Assembly (NCBI GenBank): GCA_028534125.1
Contig: CM052817.1
Location: 8,930,001-8,994,000, forward strand
Source of the DNA: Lama glama
Taxonomy: Eukaryota
Length of the DNA stretch: 64,000 nucleotides
Reading direction: 5' to 3'
Below the pieces are notes generated by a model. It made no database searches. It was not told where the DNA came from and saw only the letters and a program-made list of their open reading frames with translations. The position numbers were made by a program, and so were the translations under genes. Below are positions 51,791-64,000 of this stretch, one piece after another. The stretch's first letter is position 1; every line of letters begins with the position of its first letter.

Positions 51791-53059
51791 GATACATGCT
51801 TGAACTCATAAATATTGAAAGAGAGTCTTTGTACTTAGAAACATAAATGTTAGACTCACGTGTATCTATTCCAAATCTCTCATTTAAAACCAAGGAAAAC
51901 AGAGGTCCAGAATGGCAGAGCCAAATGGGAAAATGCTCTCACAGTGAGCTGGGAGAAGAGGCATCGTGGCGTGCATGCTCTAAATCCTGGTACAGCCCTT
52001 TCCGCTCACACTGTTTTACAATTCTGTAGCTCTAAGCCTCCCCCAACTTGAATTACCATGTTACTCTTCAAGCCACTTAATTAAGAAACCAATACTGATA
52101 TGTATTTTTCAGTGTAAAATAGAAAAATTCAGCATTCAAGCATTTGCCTGGGATTCAGGACAAAGCAGCTCCTACCCCTAGAAGTGCTATTAATGGACCA
52201 TGTGACGCGGGGAATAGTGTGCAAGGAGTAGAGAAATGACATTTGCTGGTCAATTTCTCACCATAAAGTGAGTGTCCTGAGAGCAGAGGTTTTTATATTA
52301 TTTACCTTCCATCCTCAGTGCCAGAATAATATCCAGCTGCACGGTAAGCCTTCAAGGATATATTTAGTGAATATAAGACTAAGCAAATAAATGGATTATT
52401 ATATGCCAGGGATTTTCCTTGGGGTGCTATGTATATTACTTTAATTTTTATCACCCTCCTGTAGTATGGGTCTCATTAGCTCTACTTGGAAAAGGAGAAC
52501 GCCAAGGCTCAAAGGAGCTGCTGGAGCACTGAGAATGACTCAGTGTGGGAGCAAGAGTTCCCATCCATGTGTGTCTAGCCCAAAAGTTTTGTTATTCTCT
52601 TCCTATCTGTGAAATCGAAGTTTGGAAAAGCTTAATATGATTCAGCAATCCCACTTCTGGGTATATATTCAAAGAAGAAGAGATTACTATCTCAAAGAGA
52701 CACCTGCAGTCTCACGTTCATTGCAGTGATATTCACAATAGCCAAACATGGACATGGTCACATTGACAGATAAAAGAACAAATATACACACAGCATAATG
52801 CTAGGTGAAATAAGGCAGACAAAGAAATACTGCATGATCTCATTGATATGTGAATGTGAAAACACTGAACTCATAGAAGCAGATAGTAGTATAGTAGTTC
52901 CCAGGGACTAAGGGACAGGGGAGATGGGGAGATGCTGGTCAATGAGCACCAATGATCAGTCATAAAATGAATGGGTTCCAGGGACCTAACGAACAGCATG
53001 GAGACTATAACTAACAGCACCATGCTGTATACTGAAAAGTTGCTATAGACTATGGTTTT

Positions 53060-53384
53060 CTTTTTTTTTTTTTTGAAGTTCAGTCAATTACAATGTGTCA
53101 ATCTCTGGTGTACAGCACAATGTCCCAGTCATGCATATACATACATATATTTGTTTCCATATTTTTAAACACTTTTTATTGGGTTATAGTCATTTTACAA
53201 TGCTGTGTCAAATTCCAGTGTAGAGCACAATTTTTCAGTTATACGTGAACATACATATATATATTCACTGTCACTTTTTTTTCACTGTGAGTTACCACAA
53301 GATGTTGTATATCATATTTTTACACTAAAGGTTATTACGAGATATTGAACATAGTTCCCTCTGTTATACAAAAGAAACTTTCTA
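53060..53384 (-). mobile_element. Middle-aged camelid-type L1 3' end, nested
   Basis: Poly-T then gaagttcagtcaattacaatgtgtcaatctctggtgtacagcac; TSD agactatggtttt/agactatgttttt. Confidence 0.9.
53167..53312 (-). mobile_element. Young camelid-type L1 3' end, innermost
   Basis: tttttattgggttatagtcattttacaatgctgtgtcaaattccagtgtagagcac; TSD catattttt (53158-53166 and 53313-53321). Confidence 0.9.
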
Positions 53385-54409
53385 AGACTATGTTTTTAAT
53401 GGCCTCATCGTAATAACAACAAAACGGTAATTTTGTGAGGTGAAGGATGTGTTGACTAATCTTATAGTGGTAAATATTTTCCAATATATATATATGTGCC
53501 TCAAATCATCACATTGTACACTTTAGACTAATACAATGTCATATGTCAATTGTATCTCAAAGAAGCTGGAAAAAAAATACATCAGACACATATGTAGGCA
53601 CACATTAGCTCATAGACCCATAGCAAATACAGATACTCAATTGCCCTTAGGAACACACCTCTTACAACTCAGAGACAACTGTAATGTACAAACAAGGACG
53701 TATCAGGAATGACAGATAGGCAGACTGGGGCATATTTAGATCCAAAGAAATTTTTTTACAAAAAGAAGAAGAACATTGGAAAATGTTAAAGTCAAGTCAA
53801 AAGGAAACAAAACAATTTTATATGTATAGATATAGATATAGATAGATATATATCATAGATATATACATACATACATATATTCAGGGACAGAGGGAACACA
53901 TTCATCCTTTACAGATCAAAAGACACACTCCTGGATTAGAAATTTAAAATTACACCATACATTTAGTTTGTTCATAAAATTGTCATGATTGACATACTCA
54001 GAAGTTCTAAGAATAATAATGCAAACGTCTGGGAAAAAAATGTTATAGCTTTTTTAAAAGAATTTTTGTACCTTTTTCCCCCTAGAAGTAACTTAAAAGT
54101 CTTTAAGAAGTATTTTCAAAATAATCCAAAATTTATTATTTTTTCCTTCAGGGCTTTCACATCTCTAGGACGAGATTATCATCAAGGTCTAATCAGGCAA
54201 TAAAAATTTTATGGTTATAATAAAGTGCAGAATAGAATATCAAGTGCCAAAAATATGTGCTCCAGAGACCAAGTATGAAGAAAAGTCAGGAAGGAAAAAG
54301 ATAATTATTGCCTGAAGTCACAGAGGCGGGGCCAATGGAGGACAAGGGACATGACCTGTAGCATTATGGTGGATATCTGGGCGGGGTTTTTGTTTTCTTT
54401 TCTTTTTGC

Positions 54410-54874
54410 CTGTGAAATGTCCATTTCCAAATTCTGTTTTTCTGTTGGGACCCTTCCCCAAACCCACTTCATCCATTTTGGATGGGCACTAACCCCACCT
54501 AGGGCCCTCAAACCATTGGGTGGGCTCTGGCCTGGGATTTGGCCAATACATATTACATAGGTTTATTCAGGGTGTATAATGAATTTAGGCTAATAGAGTG
54601 AAACATGAGACTTTTGCCAGATCATTTGGGAACGAGAAATTCTCTTTCTAGTGGAGTTGCTAAGCTGGTAGGATGAAGTCTGCAGTTATGAATGATCAAA
54701 CTGACAACTCATGGGAGAAATTTAGAGATAGAGACTTAAGACACAAATCCCTGACATGGTTTCATGAGTGCCTGGATCAATTCATGCCCAGAGGAACTAG
54801 ACATCCTCCTGGACTTTTCACTTACAAGTGAGGTTTTCCCGTTCCTTGTAACCAAGAGAATCCAGACTAATACA
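54410..54874 (+). mobile_element. MLT1J-like solo LTR
   Basis: ttggccaat...tgagtgcctggatcaattcatgcc...cctggacttttca...cttgtaaccaagagaatccagactaataca. Confidence 0.65.
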
Positions 54875-55589
54875 GGTACAAGTGTGAAACCGGATTAGAA
54901 TAGGTGGAGGAAATCGAAGAAGGCATTAAAAAATGAACCCACTGCTCATTATGAGCAAAAGCAAGATGTAGGCACAGGAGACATAATGGGGAGAAGACTG
55001 GAGATAATATATTGAGGCAGAAAATGAGATAAATGTTCATATTGGTCAGATGGTGCCAACAGGTGGAACACTTTACGACTCATTGATGGAAGACGTTATG
55101 CCATTGATGTCAGGGAATCACTGAAGATTCCTGAGCAGTGACCGTAGTGTTAAGATTATTTTATATCTCTACAGTATTTTACAACTTCCATAGTGATTAC
55201 TCATGCATCATCTTTTTCAATGATCTTTTGAGGACATTAATGTTATTCCATCTATTTTAAAGATAGGGAAACTGAGGCTTAGAGAAGTGATACAAAACAT
55301 ACATAACATTCCTTATCTATTGCCAAAACCCTTCAACAACTTTTCATTGTTATTCTTAGAACACATTCAAACTCCTTTCTAGAGACCACAGTTGTCTGTC
55401 TACATGATCTGACCTCTCATTTTCTCTCTGGTTTTACTCTCCTCTCTGCCTGTTATACACTCTCTGCCTTGTTCACAGTGTTCCCGGATACTGTGTTGTC
55501 TTTTGTCTCCTCAAAACACCAAGTCTTTCAAGACTCACAACCTCAATACTTGTTGTTCTTCTACCTGGAGGAAAACATAAGTAGTGGAT

Positions 55590-55859
55590 ACATACTTAGT
55601 TTTAAACTTTGTAGTAGCCACATTTAATTAAAATAAAATGAAGCAATGATGTGAACAATGTATTTTAAATATCTAAAATACTTTGACATGTTATCAATAT
55701 AAAAATTATTAAATAGATGTACATTCTTTATTTTTCCCACAAAGTAATTGAAATCCAATGTGTAGTTTATACTTAGAGCACCTATCCATTTCGACCAATC
55801 AAATTTCATGCACTCAAATAAGAATGCATGGGTACTGGCTACTATATTGGACAGCACAA
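55590..55859 (+). mobile_element. MER33 (hAT-Charlie)
   Basis: tagtagccacattta...aatccaatgtgtagtttatacttagagcac...tggctactatattggacagcaca. Confidence 0.8.
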
Positions 55860-57407
55860 GTTAAAGTATTTATTGGATTAAATCTAAATATTGTTTTCCC
55901 TTTGACACCAGTGCATGGGACTTAGCAGAAAAAGTGGAGCAAATACAGAACAAATAGAACTACATTCTGTCTGCATATCTGAGTTACCATGTGACTTCAT
56001 GTTTCAACCCCTTCAACCTCCCCATATTTATAAATCACTAAAAATATCATCTTGTACAAAGTAAGAACTCAAAGAGTATGAACTATTTTTATTATCATTA
56101 TTTTTAATAGGAGGGATGGAATAAAGGCCCAAGTCTCCCGATTTCAGGTGAAATGCCCCTTCCAGAATCCCTGAGGGCCTCCCATGTTAGCAATATTTTT
56201 ATGTTAAGAATACAATGTCATGGGTAGCCTCCAGCATTATGAAAACTTCCACACTGGATTCCTGGTGTTGTAAGATCTGAGATGCTTCAGATCAACTGCT
56301 TGCAAACAAAGTACTGAAAAACAAAACAATTTCATTTCCCTGGAGTGACCTTTACATCCACGACTGCTGCCCCAACTATGCAACCCTGGCTGCTAAGCAC
56401 CCTGATGTTCTCATTAAAGATGCGAGATTCGGCCTGTGAGCTGGAAACACTGGATGCCTGTCACGGATGACAGTCAGTGTTGGGAGGCTGAGTTTTTATG
56501 TGAATGTACTCCCATCAATGAAAAGACTTAACGAAGCCACACTTGAGCTTCATCCCACTAATGAATCAACTGAGAAATGAAGATTAGAAATACTTCATAA
56601 CCATCTTTTAGTAACATCTTCAGAACTGACAATTGGGAAAAAATGCATTTTCTTAAACAACGACATCTTGGGGACAGCCATAGTAACCAAATCAAAGCCA
56701 GATTAACACATGGAGGGGAGAGAATAATAACAAATGGTTAAGTACCTAATTAAGCCTATTTTCTAGACATGAATCCCCAAGATACACTTGTTGTTCCTAC
56801 TCACTAAATATTTTTAAAGGTTATTTGGTCCCTCAGGAAATCTGTCATATTAACAATTCACTGAAAGGCAAGGACAGACACCAATGCTTACAACGACTGA
56901 TGTAACAGAATCATAGGGTAGCCAGGGTAGCACCTTCAGCCATGCAGCCTTAACAGGTAACACGCGAAATCAACTCCTTCTCATCCAACACACAGGGTGT
57001 TGGGTGTGTGATGGATCAGAGAGCTATTATCAGCAGCAGAAAATGGTGATTTTATTTATTGCTTTATCACAATGTAGTTGTTTATCTACTATGGGCCAGG
57101 GATTATTTTAGATCCTTAGGGCAGAAAGCAAGCACTGTCCTGCCTTTATGGAATTTACCATCTTGTGGAGGGGAAAACAACACACCAATGATTACATAAT
57201 AAATAAGCTTAATCATTTAAATAGTTACACATTTTGTTCCAAGGCCTGTAATTGGTACTTAGTACATACTATCTCAATTAATCTTTCCACTGCAAATAAA
57301 CATCAAATTGCCACTCAGATAAATGCTACAAGGGAGAGGAGCATGGTTTTGATAGCACACAATAGGAGGCTTTGATCAATATGTAATATCAGAAAGTGAC
57401 AAATGAG

Positions 57408-57620
57408 CAATGGCATCCTGGTAAAGATTTAACAACCAGCTCTCCAGGGAGGAAACTGAGATGTGTGATGTTTACCCATTTCTGTGGTATAAATGCCCCC
57501 ACTATGTCTTATTTTAAGCTACCGATGTGATGTCACTGAAGGGGAATTGAGAATAGATGTGCACAGGCAGCCCTCCTTCCGTCTCATGAACAGATGCAAC
57601 CTAGCTCATGCCTATCACTG
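57408..57620. mobile_element. MER63-like hAT element
   Basis: caatggcatcctggtaaagatttaacaaccagctctcc...aagctaccgatgtgatgtcactgaa...tcactg. Confidence 0.7.
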
Positions 57621-57852
57621 CAATAATCTAAGATCTGCGCAGAGAAGACAGAGAGCAAGTTGAATGGGTCCACCCTCCCCCTTTGCCAGTGAGCACACGC
57701 ATCATCAGTTCTCTGACTCAGCGTCATAGATGGAGCTGGGCATATCTGTAGAGTCACTATAAGGGATCCAGCCAGGCATAACTGCACACCTAGAGTCTAC
57801 CTGTAAAATGAATAGATGGTTTGTCCATATAAATAAACTGCAAATTCCCAAA

Positions 57853-57924
57853 CAATTACATATTATTATAGTTAATAAAATAATAATGCAATTACATATT
57901 ATTATAGCTAATAAAATAATAATA
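57853..57924. repeat. 36-bp tandem duplication (2 copies, 2 mismatches)
   Basis: caattacatattattatagttaataaaataataatg followed by caattacatattattatagctaataaaataataata. Confidence 0.95.
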
Positions 57925-58642
57925 CACCGATAAGTTCATCGTAGCCTTTGTTTATAGAGTATTTTATCAACAAGGAAAGATAGCTTATCTAGTCCGGGAA
58001 ATGAGACACTGACGCTGCATCTTGAAAATGAGTAAAAGTTTTCTCTGTCATGAAAGGGAAATAAGGACATTCCACAGGAGGATCCTACTTACAGGTGAAT
58101 CAGGAATCTATATTTTGTTTCAAAAATTCATGCCCGAGAGCTCCAGCTTAAGGCCTTTAGTTTAGAGAACAACAGCAGAGAAAATCCTGCTTCCAAATGA
58201 AGGATTCGCAACAGACGGCTTTTGTTATGGCTTCAAGCTACATAATGCTTTATTTCCTAATTTTTAAAAGTTTAGAATTAGTTTTTCTTGACATATGAGA
58301 TTTAAGTCCTCATGTAAGAGCAAGAAATAAATAAAGTCGAAGAGTGGAGTACATTCAAATGCCTGAGATCTTAATTGATTTCTGTATTTGATTTCTGCAT
58401 AATGTTTAGCAAACCTAGACAAAGTCAAGCTTTGTTTAGACAGAATTCTTAAAGGACTCTGCTCATATGACTTTGTCCTACTCAGGTACTGTGGGTCACT
58501 TCTCTCCTTAAGCCCATATCTTTTAACTTAGAACATTATAAAAATGACAGGAGCTTTTTCTGAGAATGATTGAGTCCACAAACTGGAAGAAAATTTTATA
58601 CAGTTTCCATTTCATAATACTAAAAATAGCTCCTGTCAGTTC

Positions 58643-59185
58643 AGATGTCCTTCAGTAGATGAACGGATAAATCCAGCAGTGGAATATTACTCAGTACTAA
58701 AAAGAAAAGACATGGAGGAAACTTAAATGTACATTACTAAGTGAAACAAGCCAATCTGAGAAATCTGCGTACTGTATGATTCCAACTCTATAACATTCTA
58801 GAAAAGGCAAAACTATGCAGACAAGCAAAAGATCAGTGGTTGTCCAAGGTGGCAGTGGGGAGGGCTGAAGAGGCAGAGCACAGAGGATGTACAGGGCAGT
58901 GAAAATATACCGTATATTATAAAGATGGAGATATGTCATTACACATTTGTCAAAATCCATTGAGTATATAAGACCAAAAATACACCCTTAGATAAACTAT
59001 GGACTCTGGGTGATTATGATGTGTCAATGTAAGTTCATCCTTGGTTAAAAAAATGTACTACTCTGGTGATCATTTTGACAATGGGGGAGGCTGTGCATGT
59101 ATAGGGCAGAGGGTAAGTAGAAAATCTTTGTACTTCCCTCTCAATTTTGTTGTAAACTTCAAACTTCTTTTAAAGGTACAGTCTT
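58643..59185 (+). mobile_element. L1MC1-like 3' end
   Basis: agatgtccttcagtagatgaa...tactgtatgattccaact...taaactatggactctgggtgat...tgtacttccctctcaattttg. Confidence 0.9.
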
Positions 59186-60219
59186 CAGGAAAAATTATCT
59201 CTTGAGCACTTACATGCCTTACTCCATTAAATCTGTATATCAGTTTTATGAAGTAACTGCTGTTGTGATTCCTATTTTATAGAAGAAGAATCTGAGGCTT
59301 CACTTGTTTAAAGCTTCAAAACTCAAGTGATGTGAGGTCAGATATTGACTATGTCACAGTTAGATATGTAGACAACATTCAAATAAAATTAGTTTTTAAG
59401 AGAATCCGGGAAATTTACAGAAGAGTTAGGAGAGCGATTTGTGCACAGAGTTCACAGCAAGGGAAAAAACTTTAAAAGAAGTCACCTAGTAAACCTAGTT
59501 CTTTGTCCATTTTGGTATTCAGTTTGTATTTTCTTGAGAAAGAACGTAAGATAAAACATCTGATCCTTAAGCATATTATACAGCGTGATGTAAAACACAG
59601 CGCTGCAGAATTCTGTCTCTGCCTGGAAGTATCTGAGGTCCCCGTATATGAAGGGACGTTTGGAGAAATCTCTGCTTTTGGTCTCAACTCTTACAAGAAG
59701 CTTTAGTTTATCAGAAATGTGCCTCTTGGAACCACAGGAAATCTTGAGACTTGTTGGTCAATGGTCTCTATACTGTGTCCGCAGAGCTCCAGGGACTCCA
59801 TAGAAGAGACTTACTCATTCAACAAGCCTTTAATAAGCATCTACTATGTCAGACACCGTAAGAACTCAGTGAACAAAACAGACGTGATTCCCGACCCAAC
59901 CTAGAATGAGAAGGGGTGGGTCCCCGGGGCTCCAGTTGTTAACTATCTGCTATAAGGTTTTCTTTAGGAGTTAATGGTTCACTGTAAGATTTCTTTTAAA
60001 GAAGGGGTCTTGGTAAACATGATCCAACACTACTTTAAAATAACTGGTTTATTCTAAACCCTTACTTTCAGATTAAAAACTTACAGCGCAAAGAGAGAAA
60101 CCAGATCGCCTGAGGTTGCATCCAGCTAGAGGCAGGGCCAGGACTAAAACTCAGTGCTGCTGGTTCCCAAGTGGTTGTCTTTCTCACTCCCCCACTTTAT
60201 TTCCTGCTGTCTTTTCCCT

Positions 60220-60420
60220 TGGCAGCGTGGCCCAGTGGAAACTCGCAGACTTGGAGTGAGGAGTCTGGAGTATGAATCCAGATGAGTGAATTACATCTTC
60301 CTGTCCCAGGGTTTCCTCATTCATAAGATGAGGATATATGTGGTTTGGTAAATCAAATCAGCCAAAGTATCTTGTACACAATCTTAAACTGACAAATATT
60401 ATACAGCTGTTAATCATTAC
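60220..60420 (+). mobile_element. MIR fragment
   Basis: ggcagcgtggcccagtggaaa...gacttggagt...gtttcctcattcataagatgagga. Confidence 0.55.
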
Positions 60421-60649
60421 AGTCTGAGCCCCTGAGTCTTTTTACTGATATTCCTCAAAGCAAAATAATTGAAGAATGGAGTAATAAAAGCAAAATGAAA
60501 GGAAAATAACATGTGCCAATTGGTCAAATTGTTATAGTTAAGGCAAATAAATAAATAAATATAAAAAATAAAAATGTCTGGGTTGCATCCTGGCCTTGCT
60601 GCTTCCTGCGTGACATTGATTGAAAGGATCCTGCATGCATGCTGATGCT

Positions 60650-60840
60650 CGAGCTCTAGAGAGTCAGACAGACCCTAGACTGGTTCAGCTTCTCTGCTGC
60701 TGCATTGCTTCAGCTGGAAAACTGAAATGAAACAACAGAGCCTATTTCATTGGGTTGCTTTTTGAGAGGGTACCTTTAAAGCATTTAGTACAATGTCTGG
60801 AACACAGTAGGTGCTCAATGATGATCACAGTGTTATTTTT
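60650..60840 (+). mobile_element. MIR fragment
   Basis: gctctagagagtcagacagacc...taaagcatttagtacaatgtctggaacacagtaggtgctcaat. Confidence 0.65.
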
Positions 60841-61233
60841 AACTCTAAAATATTAACAATAATTTCTACTTCATAGGATATTCATTAGAATTAAATGAAC
60901 TAAGATTAACTGCATATCCAATAAGCAACTGATGCCTATAAGACACTGAAACTATGTTCTTTCCCTTCCTTTCTCCTGATATGTAAACCCAGCTGCAGCA
61001 GCTACACTTACTGGAGAACTGTAAGGGGCTTGCCATAAGTTCATTTTCTTCTAAGTCAGTGGCTCCAAATATTTAGGTTTTGCCATAATCTTCTTGGAAT
61101 TTATGAAATAGAAAAAAGCAGTGTCCCTTGTCCTGCCTTCTGTGGAGAAGGAGCCGAGAAATCTGATATTTAGCAAATAATTCCAATACAAACAGTAAAA
61201 ATGATGGCTGAACACTTCCAGAGCAGTATAAGC

Positions 61234-61395
61234 CCTTGTAACTCAAAGTGTGGTCCTTGATCCAACAGCAGCAACATCACCTGGGGATCTGCCAGAAACA
61301 CAGACTCTTGGCCCCACTCCTGGCCTACTGACTCCATGTCACGTTTTAACAAGACCCCCAGGTGATTCTGTGCATGTCACAGTTGAGGTGTGCTG
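61234..61395 (+). mobile_element. MER5A1 (hAT-Charlie)
   Basis: ccttgtaactcaaagtgtggtcc...catcacctggg...ggccccac...ttttaacaagacccccaggtgattc. Confidence 0.85.
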
Positions 61396-61844
61396 GACTA
61401 AGCACTGTCTCTAGGGAGTTAGCCACCGGATGGTCACTTGGCTCTCATTTGCTTCTTCTCCTCTAAGAACATATCTTCATTATATTTCACAGTAAGTGTT
61501 AGCTTTGTAAAAGACTGATAGGAAAAAATGGGCATAGTAAGACAGCTCAACACTTCTAATGAGTTTTCTCAGAGATTTTGACCATTATATTATTCAGTGT
61601 CTTTTATTTAAAATACTACATAAGTTACTTTTAAAAGAATATTGCTGTTAAAATATTGCTCTCCTGATGATTTTAATTTGTATTTAAGAAAATGGGAGGG
61701 ACAAATGATTAGGAATTTTTTCACTGGCTGCTATCCCAAAATTAAATTTGATATTCAATTTCAGTAATTTTGTTAGCCTGTTTTGGGTATGTTAGTCCTC
61801 TTCCCATCAGCATACTTCCAACTTTTCTATTGCCCTTTCAAAGA

Positions 61845-62360
61845 TTTTTTTTTAAACTTAGGTATAATTTATATACTTAAAGTGCCCAAGCCAATGCATT
61901 TTTCTATATGTATTCTCCCGTATGACTAACACCCAGAACAAGATATAGAATATCATCAAGTCCCCATAAGCTTAACTTGGGCCACTTCCCAACCAATAGC
62001 TACTAGACTTCAGCCCATTATTCTGGCTTTTATCACGCAGATTACTTTTGGCCATTCTTGAACTTCATACAAATTGAATCATAGAATACACTGTCCTCTG
62101 TGTCTGGCTTCTCTTATTTAATATAACCTCTTTAAAACCCACCCACGTTGTTGAGTTTACCACTGTTTGTTCTTTTTATTGCTGTATCACATTCTCTTGT
62201 ATAAATACATCATTTTTTTACCCATATTTCCATTGATGAACATATGAGTTGTTTCAGAGTATTATAAATCTGACAAAGAGCATTTATGTGTAATTGTTTC
62301 AGTGAATATGTACACTTACTACTACTGAGTACATACCTTGGAATGAATTGCCTTTTTAAT
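61845..62360 (-). mobile_element. L1ME-like 3' end
   Basis: ggtataatttatatac...cacccagaacaagatatagaatat...ttcttgaacttcatac...tgtgtctggcttct...ttgatgaacat. Confidence 0.75.
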
Positions 62361-64000
62361 AGTCTCCTGTGTATCTGAGTAAATTCTTCCTGGCTATAGG
62401 TATGTATAGGATGAGAAGAAAAGACAAAAAGGGACAAGAAGAAAGAAACATAAGAGGAAAAGGACTAAAAGCAATGTAACAGCATTTCAAAATTACGTGC
62501 TATGGTGTAGGGGGAGAGAGCTGGGTAAGCAATCTGGAACCCTGAGATTCTTCTACTTTAGGCAAATCACTTCTTTCTAAAGTTTAGTTTATTAGTTTAG
62601 TCCTGAAGATGGGTTGGTAGACTAGATGCCTTCAATGATCCTTTCCACCTTGATAATTTAGGAATTTCACAAGAATGTTTTTTTCCTTAATTAAGTAAAT
62701 TACCTGGATGTTTGAAAAGAGGATACACTGAAGAATCCTTTGTGATTAACAGATCATAGAGGGAGGAGATTTCTAGAACTTTTCCTTCAAATGTTGAAGA
62801 CTATTTTTCTTGCCAGTCCTATCTGTCTCTATTCCTTCCTGAATCCTTCTTCCAGAAAGGGATGTTGTTAAGTCAACCAATCAGAGCCCACATTAACTGG
62901 AGAGCAAGGCCATTGTGCCTTGTAGGTAGCCCTGTCTCTTTCTTATTCTGCCTCTTAGTGCTATAAACTCTCCCAGGCAGGGCCTGAGCTCTAGGGAGGC
63001 TGGTTTCCTTCTTAGCTTCCCTCTTCTCACCCCAACTGCTTGGTTGAGTGAATATATTGAACTTGGTGCCTAAGCGGGTACCTAAATGTCCACCTAAATA
63101 CCTGTAGACAAGCTTTAGCCCATGAGTCCCAGTCTTCAAATATGAGGGGGACAAGACATCCCACTTCATCCCTACTCTATCACCTTCTACCTCAAAGTTA
63201 TCAGAGGTCTGTGTATTAGTAGGTACTGAATTCTTGGCTGTTAACAAAGCATTTTTCTTCCAGTTGAGAGAGAATTTTTTTTTCCTTTTTTCCCCTTGTG
63301 TGTAGCATTCCCTTAGTAAAGAGTCCAAGAAAGGAAAAGGAAGAAGAGTGGCAGGATTACTCAGACTCCCTCAAGGCCTTCAGGCAGAAGATGTTGAGAG
63401 ATCACAGAAATTCTATATCCAGGGCAGTCATAGGTTGTGCCAAGAAAAGGGAGTTGTTAAAACAAGGTGCCATGGGGAGAATCCTGGCATTAATCGTGGC
63501 TGCCAGGAAGCCGCACTCCATAAACATCCAAACCACAAACCCCAGAGCTACAGATCACGAAGGTGGCTGGGGCTGGGATGCCAATGGAAATAAAGGTGCT
63601 AAGGAGAGGCAGGAGCTCTGAGAACCACATTACACTTCCAGACTCACCTACAGGAGGACCTGGCATGTCTGGTGTGCTGATCTGATCATGTGCCATATGT
63701 TTCACCTGAACTTTTCTCTCTGTATCACACATTTATCTGTTTCAGCAGCTTATATAATTATAAGGCTTTATATACCCTCTCCACATGGGAGTGGGGTTGG
63801 GTGGATGTTTGGAATGATTAAGTCACCTGGCCTAGCACTCACACTGAGTGATGAAGTCAACTTTAGTATTTGTCTGACTGAAAAAACCACAGCACCTTTG
63901 TCATCACCAGCTTGCTCCATCTGTCACTTTACAAATGAAGACAGTAGCTTAGGATGCCAATGTGCGTTGTTGGAGCCAGGACAGGAATCTGGCACTCTTG

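Larger units (their letters stand above)
52635..53578 (+). mobile_element. L1MA-like 3' end hosting two nested L1s
   Basis: tatgattcagcaatcccacttctgggtatatat...gaactcatagaagcaga...resumes after 53397 to caaatcatcacattgtacac...tatctcaaagaagctggaaaaaaaa. Confidence 0.85.

Noticed and set aside
59503..59706. Kinase-like words KHIIQRDVK and ISAFGL in a 67-aa ORF
   Set aside because: HRD and DFG are both altered, the catalytic-loop Asn is missing, spacing is too long, and I see no other kinase subdomains nearby.
62873..63732. 151-aa and neighbouring ORFs near the window end
   Set aside because: No recognisable homology, and the donor-like site near 63645 has no convincing acceptor.
1..64000. CRISPR arrays, operons, defence systems or other prokaryote-type systems; CpG-island promoter
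   Set aside because: The sequence is repeat-rich mammalian DNA with no regularly spaced repeat-spacer array, no gene-dense region and no CpG island.

Overview
Mammalian, AT-rich, CpG-poor, gene-poor DNA (intergenic or deep intronic). It is most likely from a camelid (camel/alpaca/llama). That inference rests on a Vic-1-like tRNA-derived SINE fragment, artiodactyl/camelid-type L1 3' ends, and no Alu, B1, Bov-tA/BovB, PRE-1 or Can-SINE copies that I could recognise. A large part of the window is transposable-element debris: old MIR, L2, L1M, HAL1, MLT1/LTR16 and MER (hAT) elements, plus several young 5'-truncated L1 insertions with visible target-site duplications (TSDs). I found no protein-coding gene, RNA gene, CRISPR array or novel multi-gene system that I can support; nearly all listed ORFs are repeat-derived or chance. 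The best-supported observations are a twin-primed (5'-inverted) L1, a tailless tRNA-derived retroposon with a 16-bp TSD, and a three-layer nest of L1s with two TSD pairs. The most open question is a unique segment at about 44.7-45.9 kb carrying a 211-codon stop-free frame, with borderline similarity to TLCD5/TMEM136. Repeat subfamily names come from my memory of consensus sequences, not from a search, and boundaries of old repeats are approximate.
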